DNA of 64,000 nucleotides. Source: Candidatus Flemingiibacterium sp. Lineage in GTDB: Bacteria > Bacillota > Clostridia > Oscillospirales > CAG-272. The position numbers were made by a program, and so were the translations under genes. Where the stretch lies: positions 5,034 to 69,033 of the forward strand of contig JAZTXD010000102.1 of assembly GCA_045636265.1 (NCBI GenBank), in the 5' to 3' direction. Positions 47,412-55,166 of this stretch are shown in pieces; position 1 is the stretch's first letter, and each line of letters opens with the position of its first letter. The notes beneath the pieces are model-generated. The model did no database searches. It was given only the letters and a program-made list of their open reading frames with translations, and was not told the DNA's origin.

Positions 47412-47810
47412 GTGTTCGGCGCGTCGCGCCGAGGGTACGCATAAAAGAGGGGACAGACAACCGGCTGCGCAGGTTTTCTTTCCCCACTTAAACTCCCCTA
47501 TTTTCCTTGCTTACGCCGGAGGCGCTCCTCTGCGCTCGAAGAAAGACTCGCGCTGGATACTGCGAACACACCGCCCACATTACAGATACCGCCCTATTCC
47601 GCCAACCGATAGAGTGGAGCGGTATCTATGGTAACCGCTTTACAGCGCGAATCTTTCTTTGAGCGCGAGTCGGGCGTAAGGGAAAAGTGAGGGTGTCAAG
47701 AGGGGGAGGAAAACCGCAGGTTGTCCTCCTCCTTTTGCGCATCCCTTGCGCATACGGCGATACGCTATACTGTATCGGCGCTCATGAGAGCGCCGACGTA
47801 TACAAAAACC
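47405..47810. repeat. Long imperfect palindromic repeat element, copy A
   Basis: Arms are mutually reverse-complementary around about 47605. Terminal hairpins TCGGCGC-GTC-GCGCCGA (47416-47432) and TCGGCGC-TCATGAGA-GCGCCGA (47775-47796). A homologous second copy lies at 61625-62105. Confidence 0.8.
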
Positions 47811-48374
47811 TCACTCCATAAGTGATTCCCCAGTAATAAGCCCTTCAAAGCAGGAGCCGACGAATCTGTCGTCTGTGCGGTATCCGTCGATATGGATGTA
47901 GCGGATGCGCGCATAGTTATAGCTGGAGAGCGGACGGTTGCGCGCATCGTTGCTGTGTGCTGATACCAGATATGTCCGTCTGCCGTAGCCGCTTACGATA
48001 AGCGTGTGGTAAAAATCCCCGTCATCCCGACCGAGCTGTATAACATCGCCCGGGAGTAGCAGGGTGTTGCGCCCCACTTCTCGGCCGAACGGACCGAGTC
48101 CGTCGCCTATCCCCTCGCTGTTGCCCGTGATGAAATTGTAGAAAAATTCAACTCCCGTCCACGCGGCGGCGCGGTCATCGGGCGAGAGATAGTACCACCC
48201 GAAGTCAGGCGTGAAATTCATCTGACAGCATCCTGCGAGTATGCACTGCGACACAAAATTTGTACAGTTTCCGCCGCCGCCCGTGAAATCAAAAAAGAGC
48301 GGATTTCGGTCAAGCGCCCACCTGCGTGCATATGCAACTGCGCGCTCGCGATTATATTCTCTAAGTTCCGGCAT
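47811..48374 (-). CDS. Putative amidase-domain protein (Amidase_6-like)
   Basis: YNRERAVAYARRWALDRNPLFFDF...GGNCTNFVSQCILAG motif with a candidate Cys nucleophile. ATG at 48374 follows AAGGGGG. Confidence 0.65.
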   Translation of the reverse strand: MPELREYNRERAVAYARRWALDRNPLFFDFTGGGGNCTNFVSQCILAGCCQMNFTPDFGWYYLSPDDRAAAWTGVEFFYNFITGNSEGIGDGLGPFGREVGRNTLLLPGDVIQLGRDDGDFYHTLIVSGYGRRTYLVSAHSNDARNRPLSSYNYARIRYIHIDGYRTDDRFVGSCFEGLITGESLME

Positions 48375-48518
48375 ATATGTACCCCCTTTACCGTTTACTA
48401 CAGTGTATGCCGGCGCGGAGAAAGTGTTATCGGGGAAGTGCAAAATATTCTTGCATTTGTGCAGATTATGTGGTATAATTATAACAACACAAAATCAATT
48501 TTTTACACGGTGATTACA

Positions 48519-49616
48519 ATGAAAAAAGCTGCTGTTATAACTGCGGTTGTATGTGTGCTGCTTGTGGGGATCATGATAGCTCTGCCGGCACAGGAACTGC
48601 TTAAGGATATTCCATCAACACCCGGGATAAACGCGGTGGATGATAAAGTTTCATATTTAAACGGTGACTCCGCGATGCTGCCAAGTGAATCGGAACCCGA
48701 ACCGCCGCCGGAGCCGGTTACGATAACTCTGTCCTTTATCGGGGACTGTATGCTTGCCACAGACCGCGGCGCCGAGTGGGAAGGCTCATTCAATCTGCTT
48801 GCAAAAAATGTTGAGCCGTCATACTTCTTTGAGGCGTTCGAGGAGATTTTCAAGAACGACGACTGGACCGTTGCCAATCTTGAAAATGTGTTTACCGATA
48901 ATCCAAACGCGCAGATCAGAGGCAAGGGCTATTCGCCGGCATATTGGTATAAATCTACCACTGCAAACACCGCAATACTCACCGAGGGCGGTATTGATAT
49001 CGTGTCACTTTCCAACAATCACTCGCAGGACTATGGAAGCATCGGTTACGAGGACACGCGCATGGCTCTTGACGACGCCGGAGTGATATGGGGCGATAAC
49101 GACAAGATGATCATGCTCGAAAAAGAGGGATTCACTATCGCTCTGTATGCAACCACTTTCTACTATACAGGGTACGACACAATAATCTCCGATAAAATGG
49201 CGGCTGTTGAGGCAGATTACAAAATAGTGTATTTCCACGGAGGTACGGAGCGAGTACACGTGCCGGACGCTTGGAAAGCGGCGGGATGCAGACGCATGAT
49301 CGACAATGGCATAGATCTTGTAATCGGACATCATCCTCACGTACTCCAACCCATTGAGGTATACAACGGCAAAACCATAGTTCACTCCCTTGGAAATTTT
49401 GTGTTCGGAGGCTCACGCAGTGAGGAAAACCGCACGATAGTCTACCAACACAAAATCACACTTGTTGAGGGAGAAATCGTGGAAATATCCGAGGAGATAA
49501 TCCCTTGCTACGTTTACACGGAGCTATATAAGCCGGGCATAATTACTGATGAGGCCGAAATTGCCGCGCTTAACGCATTCCTCAAGGGCGAGAGCAAATC
49601 GCCCATGAACAAATGA
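48519..49616 (+). CDS. CapA-family (PGA_cap metallophosphatase-like) protein
   Basis: N-terminal TM, FIGDCM, SLSNNHSQDYG and GHHPHVLQP motifs. Confidence 0.8.
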   Translation: MKKAAVITAVVCVLLVGIMIALPAQELLKDIPSTPGINAVDDKVSYLNGDSAMLPSESEPEPPPEPVTITLSFIGDCMLATDRGAEWEGSFNLLAKNVEPSYFFEAFEEIFKNDDWTVANLENVFTDNPNAQIRGKGYSPAYWYKSTTANTAILTEGGIDIVSLSNNHSQDYGSIGYEDTRMALDDAGVIWGDNDKMIMLEKEGFTIALYATTFYYTGYDTIISDKMAAVEADYKIVYFHGGTERVHVPDAWKAAGCRRMIDNGIDLVIGHHPHVLQPIEVYNGKTIVHSLGNFVFGGSRSEENRTIVYQHKITLVEGEIVEISEEIIPCYVYTELYKPGIITDEAEIAALNAFLKGESKSPMNK

Positions 49617-50515
49617 CGGGCGGCGTATGCAGGCTTTGTCCAAGAGAGTGCGGCGTTGAGCGTACCGCGGCTCTTGGCTTTTGCGGACAGAGCGACAAAA
49701 TAAAAATTGCCCGCGCGGCACCTCACATGTGGGAGGAGCCTTGCATATCGGGGGGCAACGGCTCGGGAACTGTATTTTTCTGCGGATGCACGCTTGGGTG
49801 CGTATACTGCCAGAACTATGCCATTTCACGGTGTGGCGAGTCGGATAAAGGCACAGAGATAAGCGTGGAGCGCTTGGCGGAGATTTTTCTGGAGCTTGAG
49901 GGAAGCGGTGTACACAACATAAACCTTGTTACGCCTACCATGTTCGCGCCCCAAATTGCCGATGCGATAGATGCGGCACGTTCGAGGGGACTTTCGCTTC
50001 CGATAGTTTACAACACGAGCGGATATGAAAGCGAGAGGGGAATCGCTTCCATAGCGGATAAGATTGACATATATCTGCCCGATTTCAAGTATATATCTGC
50101 TGATATGGCGAAGAAGTATTCGCATGCCGAGGATTATCCGGTACACGCAAAGGCTTCGCTGCGTTATATGGTGGATAAGATAGGCGCGGCGCGGTTTGGC
50201 GCGGACGGTATGATGACACGCGGCGTGGTGGTGCGTCACCTGCTTTTGCCGGGACAGCTTGCAGAGTCAAAGCGAGTGCTTGATTATCTTTTCTCGGAGT
50301 ATGAGAACAGCATATACTACAGCATAATGAGCCAATACACGCCGGTGGCGGCGCTTGATGCCGACAGATTCCCCGAGCTTAACCGACGCGTTACAACATA
50401 CGAATACCAAAAGCTTATCGAATACGCTGTGGGACTCGGTATCAAAAACGGTTTTATACAAGACGGCAGTGCGGCAAAGGAGAGCTTTATCCCGGATTTC
50501 GGTACGGTTAAATAA
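49613..50515 (+). CDS. Radical SAM protein (PflX/activase-like)
   Basis: CGCTLGCVYCQN is a CxxxCxxC motif. There is also an N-terminal Cys cluster CRLCPRECGV. ATGA overlap with capA. Confidence 0.83.
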   Translation: MTGGVCRLCPRECGVERTAALGFCGQSDKIKIARAAPHMWEEPCISGGNGSGTVFFCGCTLGCVYCQNYAISRCGESDKGTEISVERLAEIFLELEGSGVHNINLVTPTMFAPQIADAIDAARSRGLSLPIVYNTSGYESERGIASIADKIDIYLPDFKYISADMAKKYSHAEDYPVHAKASLRYMVDKIGAARFGADGMMTRGVVVRHLLLPGQLAESKRVLDYLFSEYENSIYYSIMSQYTPVAALDADRFPELNRRVTTYEYQKLIEYAVGLGIKNGFIQDGSAAKESFIPDFGTVK

Positions 50516-50629
50516 AAAAGGGTAGTTTACGAAGCTTTTTACAAGGATATTTACAAATTTCGGCAGAAGGACTTTTCTTTATGCCGATTTTGTGATATAA
50601 TGGAGCCGACAATTATGGAAGGAGTAACT

Positions 50630-50999
50630 GTGTCGTTAAATTACAATAAAAAGAATATTACTCTTGCTAAAAATCTTCGCAAAAAATGGAACACAGCAAG
50701 AAAATCATCTATGGTATGATTTTTTATCGAAATATGAAATAAGGTTTCAAAGACAAAAAGCAATCGACAACTTTATTGCGGATTTTTATTGCCACAAAGC
50801 AAAACTGATTATAGAACTTGATGGTTCACAGCATTATACTGAAAAAGACGCACAAAAAGATGAATTCCGAACCCAAATTCTTGAGGGATACGGTCTGAAA
50901 GTTATACGTTTTACAAATAAGCAAATCAACACAAATTTCCGAGGCGTATGCGAGTATATCGATGCCGTCGTAAAAGCCTCCCTCCGAGAGGGAGCCTGA
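50630..50999 (+). pseudogene. DUF559 (Vsr-like endonuclease fold) gene interrupted by a frameshift in an A6 run
   Basis: GTG at 50630 follows GGAAGGAG and gives VSLNYNKKNITLAKNLRKK, then a stop at 50717-50719. The other frame continues NGTQQENHLWYDFL...IADFYCHKAKLIIELDGSQH...VIRFTN. Removing one A from 50681-50686 joins the two frames. Confidence 0.7.
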
Positions 51000-51100
51000 G
51001 ACGCGTAGAGAGATAGGATTTAATTTATGTGTTTGTGAAACATGTGGAAAACTGGTAATAAAACAGAAATAAACACTCCATAACATAGGGTGGTGATTGA

Positions 51101-51709
51101 ATGAAGAAAAGAAAGTTTTATATCGAATATTACGATAGAACGAATCGTGCTTTTTCTGATAAGATAATTTGGGGCAAAAAAGAACGCGAAGATGCATGGC
51201 GCCAAGGTCAACATCTTATCTCAAAACTCGAACGCAAAATATTTATCGTAACGCAGTACTTAACTTTGCTGTTATGCTGGATCCCTATGTGTTTTGATCG
51301 TGATGCATGGATAATTGTACCGATTGCGGTGTCGGTTTTTCTGTTACAAATATTGATTACAGATTTTTCTATTATTAAAATAGAATGGCTATATTACATT
51401 TATCGCAAGAATACAGTATATTCTTCTGTACTGCATGATATATTTCTTGGCAAGTTTGCCGATTTTTTGAATGAATTAAAACGTGCAACAAAAAAAGAAG
51501 TTACGGGATACATTTTCAAAAGTGGTGGCGAGTTTTACGGAAAATACTGTGCTGTTTGCCGAAACAAAAACAACAAAATCACATTAACTTTTAAAAGGAA
51601 CAGCGTTGTTATAATGGTTAATAAAAAGAAATTCGTAATTAAAGATTCGCTGCTTACCAAAGAACATCTAGCAACCGAGATTGCAACCATTATCAACGCA
51701 AACAAATGA
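51101..51709 (+). CDS. Orphan hypothetical membrane protein
   Basis: 202-aa ORF with two hydrophobic segments (IVTQYLTLLLCWIPMCF and IIVPIAVSVFLLQILI). Visibly AT-rich codons and a GGGTGGTG RBS. I recognise no family. Confidence 0.45.
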   Translation: MKKRKFYIEYYDRTNRAFSDKIIWGKKEREDAWRQGQHLISKLERKIFIVTQYLTLLLCWIPMCFDRDAWIIVPIAVSVFLLQILITDFSIIKIEWLYYIYRKNTVYSSVLHDIFLGKFADFLNELKRATKKEVTGYIFKSGGEFYGKYCAVCRNKNNKITLTFKRNSVVIMVNKKKFVIKDSLLTKEHLATEIATIINANK

Positions 51710-51752
51710 AATCGCCCGTTAAAATTCTCTCATGGCAGTATTAAAAAGCGAA

Positions 51753-51784
51753 CCCCGACAGATTCTAAAATCTGTCGGGGTTTT
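51753..51784. terminator. Bidirectional terminator hairpin
   Basis: CCCCGACAGAT-TCTAAA-ATCTGTCGGGG flanked by an A-run and a T-run. Lies between convergent genes. Confidence 0.8.
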
Positions 51785-51831
51785 ATCATTCTTATAAGAT
51801 ATGCCCACCGCTCTTTTATTTGTGTCAAATT

Positions 51832-53442
51832 TTATTCGGTCATCAAAATGCCCTCGTCCCACAGATCGTACGGACATACGGGAACATCAAATACCGAGAG
51901 ACCGATGTGGGGGAACGAGTTTGCCGTGAATCCGGTGGAGCCGGCGTATCCGACTACATCGCCCTTTGTTACGGTGTCGCCTACGCTGACGGAAACGGAG
52001 CCGAGGTGGCAATACCAGCTCTTGAGTCCGAGTCCGTGGTCAACGACTACCATATATCCGGGCAGGTCAAGGTAACCGACGTAAACAACTTTACCGTTGT
52101 TGGTTGCCATTACATCCTTACCGGCAACTGCGGCGTAGTCAACGCCCTGGTGACGGTAAACCTCTCCGGTTGCGGAGATCGTACGTCTTATACCAAATCC
52201 CGTGTTGACATTTGCGTTTACCGCTTCGATGAACAGTCCGTCCCAAAGAGGAGTGGATTCGGTAACAGCTACGATAGGTGCCATTGTATCATTGAAATTC
52301 TTTATCGTAGTTTCGGTTCTTGTCTGGCTGACGATAGTTGCGCTTATATCAAGAGTTACGCTCTTGAAGGTCTTGGGAGTGATGTCAAGCTTCATCTCCT
52401 GGGTAACCTCGCCGTACGAGCAGGTGAAGTTTACTTCCTTTCCGGTGAATTCCATCGGAACCGGAACGAGTGCGCGTGCGTATTTGCCGTCGGTAAAGAA
52501 TGTGGGAGTGAATCCGATATCGGGATCGCTTGTGAACTTGATTGCTGACGGATCGTCAACATTCTTTGCGGAGATTACAACGAATTCACCTGGCTCAACA
52601 TTTGTTTCACCGAGATAAAATACCGCAGGAAGAAGAATCTTTGCCTTGAATTCGTATGTTGCCGAACCGAAACAAGCATCGGTTTCGGACTCATACCATT
52701 TTGCATCCACAAGCACGTCAACGGTTCTGCCTTCGAGTGAAAGGTTTACAACCTTATCGTATGTGTCGTTGAAGAGAATCGAACCGTTATCGCTGATAGT
52801 TACATTGATTAAATCAGGCTCGTTGTCGAATGAGAGGGCGAACGCTCCCTTCATCTGATGTACATCATCGGTTTTCGGAGCTTTTTCAATATCGGTTAGG
52901 GCAACATAATCACCGCTGAGCGTTTGGTATGCCCACTCGCCCGTTACGGGAGTCATTGTTTGTCCGGACACTGTCATTGTAGGGAACGTGGTTGTGTTGT
53001 AAAGACAGCGTGCATATTCGGTTGAGAGAAATGAAGTGGCATCGTCTGCGGTTATATGGTACGCTGTGCCGTTTGAATCAACGTAGTAGGCAGATGAAGC
53101 ATCAAGGGAGAAATAGTATTTATATACACGTGCACGGTCATAGTTATAATATTTGAATTCAAAACAGTTTGCACCCACAAGCGGTTCGGGGAGAGAGGTC
53201 TGTTTGACCGCCTTGTTATTTATTTTGATGAAACCGCTTATATCCTTTGCAGCATTTTCATTATCTTTCCAAAGAGTAAACACGTTACCTCTGAGGTCGG
53301 TAATTTCAAGCTTTGTAATACGTTTTTCGTTGACAGGAGCATTTTGTTCTATATAATAACTGCCAACTGCAATGCATGTAGGGATAAAAAGTGCAATTAT
53401 TACAGCTATTGTAACAAATAAACTTTTTGCAGATTTGGTCAT
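51832..53442 (-). CDS. Membrane-anchored M23/LytM-domain protein (possibly degenerate active site)
   Basis: N-terminal TM. C-terminal LytM domain has HQGVDYAA (HxxxD) and WYCHL, but PHIGLS where PHLHFE is expected. Confidence 0.82.
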   Translation of the reverse strand: MTKSAKSLFVTIAVIIALFIPTCIAVGSYYIEQNAPVNEKRITKLEITDLRGNVFTLWKDNENAAKDISGFIKINNKAVKQTSLPEPLVGANCFEFKYYNYDRARVYKYYFSLDASSAYYVDSNGTAYHITADDATSFLSTEYARCLYNTTTFPTMTVSGQTMTPVTGEWAYQTLSGDYVALTDIEKAPKTDDVHQMKGAFALSFDNEPDLINVTISDNGSILFNDTYDKVVNLSLEGRTVDVLVDAKWYESETDACFGSATYEFKAKILLPAVFYLGETNVEPGEFVVISAKNVDDPSAIKFTSDPDIGFTPTFFTDGKYARALVPVPMEFTGKEVNFTCSYGEVTQEMKLDITPKTFKSVTLDISATIVSQTRTETTIKNFNDTMAPIVAVTESTPLWDGLFIEAVNANVNTGFGIRRTISATGEVYRHQGVDYAAVAGKDVMATNNGKVVYVGYLDLPGYMVVVDHGLGLKSWYCHLGSVSVSVGDTVTKGDVVGYAGSTGFTANSFPHIGLSVFDVPVCPYDLWDEGILMTE

Positions 53443-53485
53443 GCTTTTTCTCCTTTTGCACTAATTTATGATAATACATATCTAT

Positions 53486-53514
53486 ATTATACATTATTTT
53501 TGAGTGCAGGTCAA
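53486..53514 (-). promoter_or_regulatory. Sigma-A type promoter of the M23 gene
   Basis: Minus strand reads TTGACC (53514-53509), 17-bp spacer, TATAAT (53491-53486). Confidence 0.55.
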
Positions 53515-53532
53515 GCATATTCTTGAATTTTG

Positions 53533-53570
53533 CAAAAAAATATCACCCACAAATAATATGTGAGTGATAT
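53533..53570 (-). terminator. Rho-independent terminator after the FGGY kinase gene
   Basis: Minus strand reads ATATCACTCACAT-ATTATTT-GTGGGTGATAT followed by TTTTTTT. Confidence 0.7.
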
Positions 53571-53589
53571 TTATATGTAGTTTGTGTTT

Positions 53590-55144
53590 TTACTGTCCTA
53601 TTTTTTCAACAGCTTTTATCTCAACATCAATTCCGGCCTTGTAACGTGCCATGAAGTTCTCAAACTTCTGCATATCCGCGTCACTTGCCGATTTCGTTGA
53701 CTTTTGGGCAGATGCGAAGATGTTATCAAGGAACGCTTCGAGAGTGAGCGCATTCTTTCCGTTTTGTGCGCAGTACAGCGCAAGCAGGGCAATACCCCAT
53801 GCACCGCCCTCACCGGCATTTTCCATAACGGTGATAGGAGCGCGAAGTGCGGCACTCATAGCTCGCTGTCCGATATCAGCGGTCTTGAAGAATCCGCCGT
53901 GACCGAATATCTCTTTGAGCGTTATGTTCTCGCCGTCAAGGATGTTCATTCCCTCACGAAGCGATGCAACAGCCGCATAGATCTGTGCCTGCATGAAAGC
54001 GGAAAGTGTAAGCTTGCCCTCTGCCTGTCTTACAACCATCGGTCTGCCTTCGTTGAGGTCCCACAGATGCTCGCCCGAGAGGAAGTTGTATGTTGTGAGT
54101 CCGCCAACGTCCGCGTCGCTTTCGTTTGCGCTCATAAACAGACGTGAACAGCTCGCCCATGTCCGGTTTTACTCCGAACAGTGTGAGAACTTCGCCAAAC
54201 ATATTCGCCCATGCGTTTATCTCGGACGTGCAGTTGGCAACGTGTATCATTGCGACAGGTTCACCGCTCGGGGTGTTGATGATGTCGATCTGCGGATATG
54301 CTCTCGACAGCGGAGCATCGAGCACTATCATAACAAACGCCGAGGTACCGGCGGAAACGTTGCCGCGATTCTTTGCGGTGCTGTTTGTTGCCACCATTCC
54401 GGTGCCGGCATCGCCCTCGGGAGCGCAGAACATCACGCCGGGCAAAAGCTCACCCGATACGTCGAGAAGGCGTGCGCCCTCTTCTGTGAGCACACCTGCA
54501 ACCTCGCCGGCAACGCGAATCTTTGGAAGCATATCTTCAAAATTCTTATGGCAGATGCCCTCAGCTTTAAGAAGCTTATTAAACTTCGCGAGTCTGTCGG
54601 CATCGTATTTGTTGTCGAGAACGGGGAACATACCCGAAGCGTCGCACACACCGAGAACCTTCTCGCCGGTCAGCTTCCAGTGAACGTATCCTGCAAGTGT
54701 GGTTAAGAAGTCAACATCCTTGACGTGCTCAAGTTTGTTAAGAACAGACTCAAAGTAGTGCGACACCGACCAACGAAGCGGCATGTTGAAGTCAAGCTCG
54801 TCACTTAAAATCTTTGCGGCCTTTGCTGTGTTGGTGTTTCTCCATGTTCTGAACGGTGCGAGCAGGTTATCAGCCTTGTCAAAGGCGAGATAACCATGCA
54901 TCATCGCGGAAATTCCTATTGCGTCAAGCTTTGTGAGCTTTTCACCGCTCTGCTTTTCATAATTCGCTTTAAGTGAAGCATAGCTTTTCTGCAAACCTTC
55001 CCAAACAAGGTCAAGATCATATGTCCAGATGCCGTCTACAAGCTGATTCTCCCAGTCAAAAGCACCGCTTGCAATAACGTTTCCGCTCATGTCGGTGAGT
55101 ACGCTTTTAATTCTGGTTGAACCGAGTTCTATACCAAGTACCAT
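53590..55144 (-). pseudogene. FGGY-family carbohydrate kinase (xylulokinase-like) split by a frameshift
   Basis: The N-terminal part (MVLGIELGSTRIKSVL...GVKPDMGELF) and the C-terminal part (LFMSANESDADVGGLTTYNFLSGEH...FGHGGFFK...GGAWGIALLA) are in different frames. The junction is near 54140-54150. Confidence 0.8.
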
Positions 55145-55166
55145 TCTGGTTTCCTTTCTGTATATA

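Noticed and set aside
47404-47634. A 76-aa ORF inside palindromic repeat copy A.
   Set aside because: It has no RBS, is not preserved in copy B because indels break the frame, and its sequence is dictated by the repeat.
50664-50999. The ORF-track start (TTG at 50664) as the true start of the DUF559 gene.
   Set aside because: It has no RBS. The upstream frame from the RBS-preceded GTG at 50630 encodes the expected DUF559 N-terminal segment, so a frameshifted gene is the more economical reading.
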